Source: Macrostomum lignano (lineage: Eukaryota). From it: 64,000 nt of DNA. Positions 37,066 to 49,423 of this stretch are shown piece after piece; position 1 is the stretch's first letter, and every line of letters starts with the position of its first letter. The notes below the pieces were generated by a model. It had not been told where the DNA came from, ran no database searches, and saw nothing but the letters and a program-made list of their open reading frames with translations. The stretch covers positions 1,173,370-1,237,369 of the forward strand of contig NIVC01000056.1 in assembly GCA_002269645.1 (NCBI GenBank). Direction: 5' to 3'. Position numbers and translations under genes: made by a program.

Positions 37066-39973
37066 TGGGAAATGATCCCATTAATTGATATTTCATTTGA
37101 TATTTTGCTTTTAATTGTTGTTTCTATGATTCATTGGAATAAATTTGTTATATAATATATTTTACCATGTGGCAATTTTGTTATATTGCTTTTTTGACAT
37201 GTCACTTTTCTATGAATGGCTGTTTTGATATATATTTCAAGCATTGCATTCTGTTACACTGCACTATGTTGCACTAAAGGCCGCTTCACAGAAAATGTGC
37301 CATGCCACAGGGTCATTTTGAAAACATGCCAGATAGCCATCTGCGATTTAGCAACTTCCAATAAGGCCAAAGTGAAGGCAATCAATCAAAAAGCAAAAAC
37401 TCTTTCAAACCTAGTGATTTGTTTACTTCAATACAATAAATATAGATGCACTCTATATATGATAGATGATAATGTATCTGTTTATTTAGCCAAGAATATA
37501 AACCACCATTAGGCAAGATCTCTGTAGTTGTAATCTATAACCAAATACAGATAAAACTGATACAGGAATGATAGGATAAAAGCTAATTTTACTTTTGTTG
37601 CAATGTAATAGTGCTGTGGGTCAGACTTGAAGATGTTGCAAGCTAGATCTGGTCCATGTGCCAGTTTCCTAACCCCTGGTCTAAAGCATATGCTAGCAAA
37701 CTCTGGCCTTTGCCTCTTTCTCTCTGTCCCTTTGAAACTTCTCTCCTCTTTCTTTCTCCTTTCTTTTCTTATCTATCATCTCATTTTCTTTGTCATTTAT
37801 TCATTCCTCTCTCTTCCCTCATCTCCTTTCTCCCTCTTCTCTTTCTCCTTTCTCTTCTCTCCCTCTCTTTACTTAGGAGTCCATAGCAAACAAATTTGTA
37901 CATACCCAGACACACAGAGTTTCCATTTTTAAAGTTGAGATCTATAGCCTCTTAGAATCTATTTTGACTACTTATAAAGTCACCATATCAATAACAGCTG
38001 CCTATTTAAGAGTCAACCTTAGGCTTAGAGGGCATAAGAAAACTGCAGTAATATTTTTCTCCAGTTTTTTATTATAGTCAATGTCTAACTTTTTCCTCTG
38101 ATAGTAAACATAGTTTCTATATATTAAATGTTTTTTATTGGGAAACAAAGCTAACCTGTTAAAAAGTAAAAAAGAAAGAATTTTATCATAATTTGAGTGT
38201 ATTTACTTAAATATATAGGTTAAGACTTCAAAAAATGTTTATTGTCAAAATTTGTATAAATGTCAAAATTTATTTTATAGTACTTATAAAGCATCTAATG
38301 TACATATATTGCCTATGTCTATGACTAGTAAGCAAAGACTTAATCTTTAGAACATTCAACTTAGTCTATTTCCTGCTTTTGGATACAATACAATAACACA
38401 AACTAAAAATAAAGATTGAACATAAGAAATATAAATGAGCAAAAAATTTATTCATATAGGTTATCTTTAAGACTAGAAATGTATGCCAATGTACACGACA
38501 GTCAAAATAAACCATTATTATTTAGAAAACAGCCCTATAAGGTAATTAAAACAAAACCTTAAGCATATACTAGTATAATTTATTTGAAAATATTTTTTAA
38601 AAAATTTCTATAAGAAAGTACTAGTTTAGTATGTTTTATGTAGCTGGCACACCTAAGATTTTAAAATAATAGGATATATCTAAAAAATTGCTGTCAAAGA
38701 AAGTAGTTTTTTATGATCTTTTGCTTTATATAAATAGTAAAAAAGTACCTATACCATTAATAATCAAAAATAAAACTACAAGATATCACAAAATCACAAT
38801 ATAGTTCTATTCTACATATTTGTTCAGACATATTAGTAGCAATATGCCATATATGTGTAGTGTCTAGATGTGTTTTAATTGTGCCTACTTATATGCAAAA
38901 ATATTTTTATGGCGTACAAATAATATAAAAAACAATAAAAGCTATATAAATTAACTGTTGCATTATAATGGTAAAGCAGTTGTCATTTATTTGTATAGTT
39001 TTTGTTTTATGTAACATTTGAGCAATATAAAAAAATATTTGGTTAACTATATAGACTTTAGTGAGTCATTTGAAAAAATATTTCTTAGAGAGCTAGATGC
39101 TTCATATCTTTATCAATTCTCTATAAAGCTACAAGTATTATTTAGAATAAATAAAGTTTTGAGCATAAAAATCAAACACAAGTAGTAAAATGGTCATTGG
39201 TCATCAAAGGCATTGCATTTAGGCTAATAGAAGACAAAAAATGAGATTATAAAAAGTAAACTTTTTTGTGAAGTAATTTTAAATTTTTCTATATTCAAAT
39301 GATAAAACAATTTTTTCTAAGGGTGTCCCATGTAGAAAAGGAAAATTTTTTTGTTATAGTTATTAGTATTGCTATTTTAAAACAAATAAGATACTCGTAA
39401 CTTGATTTTCTGTAGTTAAGATAACATAGTAGAAAATAATTTATCTTAGAATTAATTGAACCCAACCATTTTAATGTTAATTTCTAAATAAAGTAATTTT
39501 AGCATATCTATTGAGCCATTCATAAATGTATTTTCAAACATTTAATAGAAAAGATTTATCTTCTTAAAGATAAGATTCTTTTTTCTGTCAGTTAGATTAT
39601 TAAAACTATATTCTGACAGATATTTTAACTTATAGGTCTTTCTTAACTGTTAGTATTGCCCTTTTTATTGTCATAATGTCGTTTTGAATATAAAATTTGG
39701 AACTTTACAAAAATTAAAATACTCTAGTTGGAAGCAGCTAATAAATGAATAATGTAGTGTCTGCTTTGTTATGTTTTATTTATGCTACCAGTTGACACGT
39801 GGATATTTGAAATTGTAATGTTTAGTTTAGTTTATAAGTGAAGGCTGATTAAAATATAAAAAATGAATGCTACTGGTTTTAAATGCACAGAAAAACGCAT
39901 CTAAATACATGTGTTGTTTGCCATATTTCCTTAAACATTTTATTATTTTGTATGTGCTACTTTTAGTAGTTGA

Positions 39974-40225
<252 letters not shown>

Positions 40226-41685
40226 TCCCGGCTTGATCTAATGCTCATTGCTTGTTGCTTTTTTCCTATGTATCTTTTGCGTCTGAATAAATACTATATT
40301 ACTGCCATTGTGACGACAACTGTAATACGAGTACCCAACTGAAATTGGCAGGTTTATTGGTGTCAATACTGCCAATTATTAACATTTTAATATTACCATT
40401 AATATTGCATTCTAACTCAAATTCGTTTTTGTTTGACTTTTGCGTAAACTTCTTGTCAATGTTAAGCATTGCTTTTATTTTAATTTTGAAAAGAAAAATA
40501 AACTTTGTTTTAACTGAGCAAAAAGGAGAAAAAAAATCAAACGTTTTCGACTTCGAATTGGGACACTAGGATTGTCTGCCTAGCTTAGAGAACAGCAAAA
40601 AAATACTAAATCTATAATACATCAACTTTAATAGCTATGAAGACAAAAAATTATATTTACTAAGGTTTAGCTTATTTATTTATCAACATCCGGTTTAGTG
40701 GTTGGTTATTAAATTGGAAATTAATTATTGGTGTGCTTTAGTCGTTGTTTTTTTAAATAATTTTTTTTAATAATGCTTTCCTTGGTTAAGTGGCCAAACT
40801 ATCAATTAGCTTCCCAACCGAACATTTGACCGAATTTCTAAACTAGGCCAGCCTAACTGCCCTCGCTCTGTCCTGCCTGTGTCGTCGGGGCTTGACCCTG
40901 TCGTCGCTGCCGCAGGGTCAGTGCAGTACTGGCTACGTCAGTGTGACTGCCTCGCTTCTGGCCAAGCCATGTAAGTCGAATCATTAATTTAATATTTTGT
41001 TCAAAAGCACTTACAATTTCTTCTTTCGCACGCCTTGGTCGTAAAATTCCGTGTTAAAACTACATGCCATCATTACACGGTATTGGGTAGCTTACAGTTT
41101 CAATGCGGCCTACAAGGTAACGGCACTGGAAGATATTTTAGTCGTGTACTTACATGTATACTTGTGCTGTATAAGTAGTATGATACGCTGCGGCTTCTCG
41201 GGTACACTCTTTCATCATTCGGCAGTCTAATCGAATGTACAAATAAGTGAAATCCATCTTGTCCGTCTCCTATTGTCGGCGTTCGCACATTCACTAGGCC
41301 GCGTACAAGTACAACTCGTACAACTCTTTAACCATCGACGACTTGGACACCTTGGATCGACTCGGGCTGTCTGCAAAGCAGATTTCAACAAATTGTAGGT
41401 TTGCGGTCATCCTTGTCTGTCACATACCGAGTTGCCTTTGTCTGTCCCTCTAGCGTTTATGTCGTGCAGAATTTAAACTTCGGATGTCGTGTTACCCGTG
41501 CATGTACGAAATCGCCTCTGGAAGCCGCGTTACATGTACATGTACGGAAAATCGCCCTTGGTTCTACTGTGAATGTACATATGTATGTCGGGATACACGT
41601 ACGAAATCGCCCTTAGTTGGATGTCGTGTTACACACTTGCACACGTGCCTGTACATCTTGACTGCTCGTAACTATAATTAAGTAC

Positions 41686-41901
41686 ATGTACGCCTTCAAC
41701 CCATCGACCTATAAAACAGCAAAGAGCACAAAGAAAAAGTCGTCTGCAACAAGGACATCACCGGAGACCGACGAAACACAATCAGCTGCAGCCAACAATG
41801 ACACCGCAAAACATGCAAATCAACCCGCGTCGCCTACTGCGTCAACAAGCGGCATAAAATCTGCTACTGATAAGCCAGCTGCCAGAGAGAGGAGGCACTG
41901 A
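41686..41901 (+). CDS. Possible small Ala/Lys/Ser/Thr-rich ORF or exon (71 aa), perhaps a diverged relative of the array peptides
   Basis: Purine-rich, more GC-rich island; AAANNDTAK resembles ADANKDAAK (18/24 nt identity by eye). Low complexity, so weak. Confidence 0.3.
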   Translation: MYAFNPSTYKTAKSTKKKSSATRTSPETDETQSAAANNDTAKHANQPASPTASTSGIKSATDKPAARERRH

Positions 41902-42802
41902 TTCGAAAGCAACTGATGTCAATCAAGTTAAACTATTCTTAATAATTGGCATTCAAAAGTAACCATACCCTACTACACTACTACTACCCATACTACACGA
42001 GTCTGTATTATGTTCCATCCGCTCATTTATGCAGTACATACATGTATTCTATAATTAGCTAAAGCCAACTTTACAATTACGTTAGCATAAGAAATTTCAG
42101 TTAGTCTGCTCATATGCATATCATCTCTCTGTATTATTGCATTAAAAATTGCAATAAATTTTGAATAGATTAGACTTAAAGTGAGCATATCTGCAAGTTC
42201 CCTTATTTAACTACACCTGTGCGGTACATACAGCCTAGCCACACTTCTTAACTTCCATTTAGCTTACTCCATCCTTAAGTACATGTACTTCCTTGCCTTA
42301 AGTACATTTCTAGACATCTGTAGACCAGTTGCGGCAGCCATTGTTAAAGCTGCAGCCGGAAGACTTCACTGCGTTTCAATGACACGGTTTATCAAAGCGA
42401 CCCTAGTCTACAAAAAGAGAGCTATTGAAAATTATTGGTAGTTCCTTCATTCAGCAATTCAACTTTTCTACACAACTAATCTGTGGAAATGGAGTGTACG
42501 GCTCGAAAATGTATAATTTCTAGGCATCCCTTGCGAGCTGGTCGGGTCATCAGGTTTATCAATGCAACCAGCGTCGATCATTAGTTGTATGAGTAGAAAG
42601 AGTGAAATTCCTTTGGTATTTAGCTAAGTTATACTCTGGTTGGTAGCACTTAAAAATTCTAGCTAGCTACTTGATTAAGATGCACGCAGACTTCGTTCGC
42701 TGCTGTGTGTGTGTTGTTGTTGTGTGAGCACTATATGACTTGCTTACTGTCGCCCCGATTGCAGCTCTAAGCAGCTTTCAAGCACAAAAAGCAAAACACA
42801 GA

Positions 42803-42943
42803 ATGCCAGCCAAGCAGAACCAGCAGCAGGGAGCCGGCAAGCAGCAGGCAGCCGATGCCAACAAGGACGCCAAGCAGCAAAAGCAGCAGCAACAACAACA
42901 GCAGGCTGGTGGCGCTGCCGCCAAGGCCGGTCAGAAGAAGTGA
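42803..42943 (+). CDS. Array micropeptide A, 46 aa (MPAKQNQQQGAGKQQAADANKDAKQQKQQQQQQQAGGAAAKAGQKK), copy 1
   Basis: GC-rich island with codon usage like the host genes, A-rich context cacagaATG, upstream acceptor ttgcag. The paralog B keeps the frame and shared motifs while differing at synonymous sites. Confidence 0.78.
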   Translation: MPAKQNQQQGAGKQQAADANKDAKQQKQQQQQQQAGGAAAKAGQKK

Positions 42944-43666
42944 TGCGATTTCAGAGAGATCAATTGTTAGGTGTGCTCTGCACCGCATGACAGCCAGGCC
43001 TACTATTGGCGTGACTGAGTGGAACTCTGAGCTCTCTCTATACCTGTACAGTATACTATAATCTGTCCGCATTAGCGTATCGTCTTTGTTAGGGCTAAAG
43101 AGTCGCTGCATCCAGCTCTGAAACTGCAATTAGGTTACTTACTGTATTCTGTACTGTACTAACCTTACTCACGTGCTGACGAAAGCTTATAGTTGTAAAT
43201 TGATCCTTTGAAAAAAGTTGTTTGATTGTAGAATAATTACAGTAGCATTTCCTAATTACATATTGGACAGTATTTTTAAAGCAAGCAGGTGTTTTCGGCT
43301 CTCGTTCTTTAAATGCTCTCTGTTTCCCTATATGCTTAGGATGTTTTGTGTTAGATCAGCAGTTGCAGACAGAGAAAGGGGGCATTACTTGCATTTGGCT
43401 TGATATAGCATCCTCTAGATTTCGTTGTCCAGCACATCCAACTAGAGGCTAGATATGCACCAATGTTCCTTGTAGAGCTGCACTGCTCCAATAAGCGGTT
43501 AAATAAGAAGAAGTGCCCTTTAGGACATATCTAGATAGTTTTTCTAATGAGGATGTACAGCCAGCTAGCTATACTTGAAGTTGACGTTGGTCACCTTGCA
43601 AACCGCAGCTGCTCGCTTCTCAAATTGCAGCTTCAAGCATCAGCTTCCTAATCTCAACAGACAAAC

Positions 43667-43792
43667 ATGCCTGCCAAGAAAGCCGCCGCCGACAAGAAGG
43701 CCGCCGATGCCAACAAGGACGCCGCCAAGCAGCAGCCGGAAAAAGCCGAGGGCGAGCAGGCCGCTGCCAAGGGCGGTCATAAGAAGAAGTGA
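43667..43792 (+). CDS. Array micropeptide B, 41 aa (MPAKKAAADKKAADANKDAAKQQPEKAEGEQAAAKGGHKKK), copy 1
   Basis: Below the ORF-track cutoff; context acaaacATG, in-frame TAA 15 nt upstream, GC3-rich codons; homologous to A. Confidence 0.78.
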   Translation: MPAKKAAADKKAADANKDAAKQQPEKAEGEQAAAKGGHKKK

Positions 43793-44679
43793 TCGATGTG
43801 CGTTGCGGATCGCGCTATACCAACCTGTATGCTGGCTTGATCGCGGCGCTCCTACCGACCTGTACGAGTTGCTGGATGCCTGCTGATCAAACTGCAACTT
43901 ATAGCGAATTGTAATTACATGTGCTGGCCGGATACTAATCAATGTTGCATCATACTCAGTTATTACATACTACACAACTGCAGTCTCTACAGCTCTGCAC
44001 TGTAAAGCGCAGACGCATTTTATACAGTACGTAAATCGTAGCCTGTCAGCCATGCTCTATACTATGGTACCAGCTGCTCTGTTCTGACGGGCAGTCATGT
44101 ACTTGTCGTAAATTACATTGTTGTACTGGGTGCATCAGTTACTTACAAAGTTGTTGCAACAACCAACAATCGTTTTTCGGCTTGAGCTCTACTTTTACCA
44201 ATATTTTTGCTGCTTCCTAGTCACGTATATAGTTTCATGCTCCTCAAGGCTTAGGGGCCTCTCGCTCACAGGCTGACAGTGGGGCTGTTTCAGTTTATGT
44301 ATAAGAGTTAGACATTTTGCAGTGCAATAATTAGCTACTGGGCTTTTGTAGACTAATCTGTGGAAATGGAGTATACGGCTCGTAAATGTATAATTTCTAG
44401 GCATCCCTTGCGAGCTGGTCAGGTCATCAGGTTTATCAATGCAACCAGCGTCGATCATTAGTTGTATGAGTAGAAAGAGTGAAATTCCTTTGGTATTTAG
44501 CTAAGTTATACTCTGGTTGGTAGCACTTAAAAATTCTAGCTAGCTACTTGATTAAGATGCACGCAGACTTCGTTCGCTGCTGTGTGTGTGTTGTTGTTGT
44601 GTGAGCACTATATGACTTGCTTACTGTCGCCCCGATTGCAGCTCTAAGCAGCTTTCAAGCACAAAAAGCAAAACACAGA

Positions 44680-44820
44680 ATGCCAGCCAAGCAGAACCAG
44701 CAGCAGGGAGCCGGCAAGCAGCAGGCAGCCGATGCCAACAAGGACGCCAAGCAGCAAAAGCAGCAGCAACAACAACAGCAGGCTGGTGGCGCTGCCGCCA
44801 AGGCCGGTCAGAAGAAGTGA
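44680..44820 (+). CDS. Micropeptide A copy 2
   Basis: Same translation as copy 1. Confidence 0.75.
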   Translation: MPAKQNQQQGAGKQQAADANKDAKQQKQQQQQQQAGGAAAKAGQKK

Positions 44821-45543
44821 TGCGATTTCAGAGAGATCAATTGTTAGGTGTGCTCTGCACCGCATGACAGCCAGGCCTACTATTGGCGTGACTGAGTGGA
44901 ACTCTGAGCTCTCTCTATACCTGTACAGTATACTATAATCTGTCCGCATTAGCGTATCGTCTTTGTTAGGGCTAAAGAGTCGCTGCATCCAGCTCTGAAA
45001 CTGCAATTAGGTTACTTACTGTATTCTGTACTGTACTAACCTTACTCACGTGCTGACGAAAGCTTATAGTTGTAAATTGATCCTTTGAAAAAAGTTGTTT
45101 GATTGTAGAATAATTACAGTAGCATTTCCTAATTACATATTGGACAGTATTTTTAAAGCAAGCAGGTGTTTTCGGCTCTCGTTCTTTAAATGCTCTCTGT
45201 TTCCCTATATGCTTAGGATGTTTTGTGTTAGATCAGCAGTTGCAGACAGAGAAAGGGGGCATTACTTGCATTTGGCTTGATATAGCATCCTCTAGATTTC
45301 GTTGTCCAGCACATCCAACTAGAGGCTAGATATGCACCAATGTTCCTTGTAGAGCTGCACTGCTCCAATAAGCGGTTAAATAAGAAGAAGTGCCCTTTAG
45401 GACATATCTAGATAGTTTTTCTAATGAGGATGTACAGCCAGCTAGCTATACTTGAAGTTGACGTTGGTCACCTTGCAAACCGCAGCTGCTCGCTTCTCAA
45501 ATTGCAGCTTCAAGCATCAGCTTCCTAATCTCAACAGACAAAC

Positions 45544-45669
45544 ATGCCTGCCAAGAAAGCCGCCGCCGACAAGAAGGCCGCCGATGCCAACAAGGACGCC
45601 GCCAAGCAGCAGCCGGAAAAAGCCGAGGGCGAGCAGGCCGCTGCCAAGGGCGGTCATAAGAAGAAGTGA
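45544..45669 (+). CDS. Micropeptide B copy 2
   Basis: Same as copy 1. Confidence 0.75.
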   Translation: MPAKKAAADKKAADANKDAAKQQPEKAEGEQAAAKGGHKKK

Positions 45670-46556
45670 TCGATGTGCGTTGCGGATCGCGCTATACCAA
45701 CCTGTATGCTGGCTTGATCGCGGCGCTCCTACCGACCTGTACGAGTTGCTGGATGCCTGCTGATCAAACTGCAACTTATAGCGAATTGTAATTACATGTG
45801 CTGGCCGGATACTAATCAATGTTGCATCATACTCAGTTATTACATACTACACAACTGCAGTCTCTACAGCTCTGCACTGTAAAGCGCAGACGCATTTTAT
45901 ACAGTACGTAAATCGTAGCCTGTCAGCCATGCTCTATACTATGGTACCAGCTGCTCTGTTCTGACGGGCAGTCATGTACTTGTCGTAAATTACATTGTTG
46001 TACTGGGTGCATCAGTTACTTACAAAGTTGTTGCAACAACCAACAATCGTTTTTCGGCTTGAGCTCTACTTTTACCAATATTTTTGCTGCTTCCTAGTCA
46101 CGTATATAGTTTCATGCTCCTCAAGGCTTAGGGGCCTCTCGCTCACAGGCTGACAGTGGGGCTGTTTCAGTTTATGTATAAGAGTTAGACATTTTGCAGT
46201 GCAATAATTAGCTACTGGGCTTTTGTAGACTAATCTGTGGAAATGGAGTATACGGCTCGTAAATGTATAATTTCTAGGCATCCCTTGCGAGCTGGTCAGG
46301 TCATCAGGTTTATCAATGCAACCAGCGTCGATCATTAGTTGTATGAGTAGAAAGAGTGAAATTCCTTTGGTATTTAGCTAAGTTATACTCTGGTTGGTAG
46401 CACTTAAAAATTCTAGCTAGCTACTTGATTAAGATGCACGCAGACTTCGTTCGCTGCTGTGTGTGTGTTGTTGTTGTGTGAGCACTATATGACTTGCTTA
46501 CTGTCGCCCCGATTGCAGCTCTAAGCAGCTTTCAAGCACAAAAAGCAAAACACAGA

Positions 46557-46697
46557 ATGCCAGCCAAGCAGAACCAGCAGCAGGGAGCCGGCAAGCAGCA
46601 GGCAGCCGATGCCAACAAGGACGCCAAGCAGCAAAAGCAGCAGCAACAACAACAGCAGGCTGGTGGCGCTGCCGCCAAGGCCGGTCAGAAGAAGTGA
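46557..46697 (+). CDS. Micropeptide A copy 3
   Basis: Same as copy 1. Confidence 0.75.
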   Translation: MPAKQNQQQGAGKQQAADANKDAKQQKQQQQQQQAGGAAAKAGQKK

Positions 46698-47420
46698 TGC
46701 GATTTCAGAGAGATCAATTGTTAGGTGTGCTCTGCACCGCATGACAGCCAGGCCTACTATTGGCGTGACTGAGTGGAACTCTGAGCTCTCTCTATACCTG
46801 TACAGTATACTATAATCTGTCCGCATTAGCGTATCGTCTTTGTTAGGGCTAAAGAGTCGCTGCATCCAGCTCTGAAACTGCAATTAGGTTACTTACTGTA
46901 TTCTGTACTGTACTAACCTTACTCACGTGCTGACGAAAGCTTATAGTTGTAAATTGATCCTTTGAAAAAAGTTGTTTGATTGTAGAATAATTACAGTAGC
47001 ATTTCCTAATTACATATTGGACAGTATTTTTAAAGCAAGCAGGTGTTTTCGGCTCTCGTTCTTTAAATGCTCTCTGTTTCCCTATATGCTTAGGATGTTT
47101 TGTGTTAGATCAGCAGTTGCAGACAGAGAAAGGGGGCATTACTTGCATTTGGCTTGATATAGCATCCTCTAGATTTCGTTGTCCAGCACATCCAACTAGA
47201 GGCTAGATATGCACCAATGTTCCTTGTAGAGCTGCACTGCTCCAATAAGCGGTTAAATAAGAAGAAGTGCCCTTTAGGACATATCTAGATAGTTTTTCTA
47301 ATGAGGATGTACAGCCAGCTAGCTATACTTGAAGTTGACGTTGGTCACCTTGCAAACCGCAGCTGCTCGCTTCTCAAATTGCAGCTTCAAGCATCAGCTT
47401 CCTAATCTCAACAGACAAAC

Positions 47421-47546
47421 ATGCCTGCCAAGAAAGCCGCCGCCGACAAGAAGGCCGCCGATGCCAACAAGGACGCCGCCAAGCAGCAGCCGGAAAAAGC
47501 CGAGGGCGAGCAGGCCGCTGCCAAGGGCGGTCATAAGAAGAAGTGA
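47421..47546 (+). CDS. Micropeptide B copy 3
   Basis: Same as copy 1. Confidence 0.75.
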   Translation: MPAKKAAADKKAADANKDAAKQQPEKAEGEQAAAKGGHKKK

Positions 47547-48433
47547 TCGATGTGCGTTGCGGATCGCGCTATACCAACCTGTATGCTGGCTTGATCGCGG
47601 CGCTCCTACCGACCTGTACGAGTTGCTGGATGCCTGCTGATCAAACTGCAACTTATAGCGAATTGTAATTACATGTGCTGGCCGGATACTAATCAATGTT
47701 GCATCATACTCAGTTATTACATACTACACAACTGCAGTCTCTACAGCTCTGCACTGTAAAGCGCAGACGCATTTTATACAGTACGTAAATCGTAGCCTGT
47801 CAGCCATGCTCTATACTATGGTACCAGCTGCTCTGTTCTGACGGGCAGTCATGTACTTGTCGTAAATTACATTGTTGTACTGGGTGCATCAGTTACTTAC
47901 AAAGTTGTTGCAACAACCAACAATCGTTTTTCGGCTTGAGCTCTACTTTTACCAATATTTTTGCTGCTTCCTAGTCACGTATATAGTTTCATGCTCCTCA
48001 AGGCTTAGGGGCCTCTCGCTCACAGGCTGACAGTGGGGCTGTTTCAGTTTATGTATAAGAGTTAGACATTTTGCAGTGCAATAATTAGCTACTGGGCTTT
48101 TGTAGACTAATCTGTGGAAATGGAGTATACGGCTCGTAAATGTATAATTTCTAGGCATCCCTTGCGAGCTGGTCAGGTCATCAGGTTTATCAATGCAACC
48201 AGCGTCGATCATTAGTTGTATGAGTAGAAAGAGTGAAATTCCTTTGGTATTTAGCTAAGTTATACTCTGGTTGGTAGCACTTAAAAATTCTAGCTAGCTA
48301 CTTGATTAAGATGCACGCAGACTTCGTTCGCTGCTGTGTGTGTGTTGTTGTTGTGTGAGCACTATATGACTTGCTTACTGTCGCCCCGATTGCAGCTCTA
48401 AGCAGCTTTCAAGCACAAAAAGCAAAACACAGA

Positions 48434-48574
48434 ATGCCAGCCAAGCAGAACCAGCAGCAGGGAGCCGGCAAGCAGCAGGCAGCCGATGCCAACAAGGACG
48501 CCAAGCAGCAAAAGCAGCAGCAACAACAACAGCAGGCTGGTGGCGCTGCCGCCAAGGCCGGTCAGAAGAAGTGA
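48434..48574 (+). CDS. Micropeptide A copy 4
   Basis: Same as copy 1. Confidence 0.75.
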   Translation: MPAKQNQQQGAGKQQAADANKDAKQQKQQQQQQQAGGAAAKAGQKK

Positions 48575-49297
48575 TGCGATTTCAGAGAGATCAATTGTTA
48601 GGTGTGCTCTGCACCGCATGACAGCCAGGCCTACTATTGGCGTGACTGAGTGGAACTCTGAGCTCTCTCTATACCTGTACAGTATACTATAATCTGTCCG
48701 CATTAGCGTATCGTCTTTGTTAGGGCTAAAGAGTCGCTGCATCCAGCTCTGAAACTGCAATTAGGTTACTTACTGTATTCTGTACTGTACTAACCTTACT
48801 CACGTGCTGACGAAAGCTTATAGTTGTAAATTGATCCTTTGAAAAAAGTTGTTTGATTGTAGAATAATTACAGTAGCATTTCCTAATTACATATTGGACA
48901 GTATTTTTAAAGCAAGCAGGTGTTTTCGGCTCTCGTTCTTTAAATGCTCTCTGTTTCCCTATATGCTTAGGATGTTTTGTGTTAGATCAGCAGTTGCAGA
49001 CAGAGAAAGGGGGCATTACTTGCATTTGGCTTGATATAGCATCCTCTAGATTTCGTTGTCCAGCACATCCAACTAGAGGCTAGATATGCACCAATGTTCC
49101 TTGTAGAGCTGCACTGCTCCAATAAGCGGTTAAATAAGAAGAAGTGCCCTTTAGGACATATCTAGATAGTTTTTCTAATGAGGATGTACAGCCAGCTAGC
49201 TATACTTGAAGTTGACGTTGGTCACCTTGCAAACCGCAGCTGCTCGCTTCTCAAATTGCAGCTTCAAGCATCAGCTTCCTAATCTCAACAGACAAAC

Positions 49298-49423
49298 ATG
49301 CCTGCCAAGAAAGCCGCCGCCGACAAGAAGGCCGCCGATGCCAACAAGGACGCCGCCAAGCAGCAGCCGGAAAAAGCCGAGGGCGAGCAGGCCGCTGCCA
49401 AGGGCGGTCATAAGAAGAAGTGA
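49298..49423 (+). CDS. Micropeptide B copy 4
   Basis: Same as copy 1. Confidence 0.75.
   Translation: MPAKKAAADKKAADANKDAAKQQPEKAEGEQAAAKGGHKKK

Noticed and set aside
42740-42802. N-terminal extension MLTVAP... of peptide A given by the ORF track
   Set aside because: It starts at a TTG inside the putative intron/outron; homology with B begins at the ATG at 42803.
43165-43215. Hammerhead ribozyme core (CTGACGA...GAAA); also CTGATGA...GAAA on the minus strand near 42520-42555
   Set aside because: Stem II cannot form the required G-C closing pair and no stems I/III are evident.
42475-44351. Array unit as a 5S rRNA, snRNA, SL RNA or histone cluster
   Set aside because: No recognisable 5S, U1/U2/U6 or histone sequence and no histone stem-loop. 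The ACAGAGA at ~43369 and ATG|GTA at ~44063 lack the surrounding U6 or SL structure and Sm site. An Infernal/Rfam scan would be the formal test.
44195-44458. 87-aa minus-strand ORF, plus the 120-, 103-, 100-, 68- and 61-aa ORFs repeated in each unit
   Set aside because: These are alternative-frame or antisense shadows of A/B, or AT-rich ORFs without motifs. The 87-aa ORF is broken in one unit and truncated in the flank copy.
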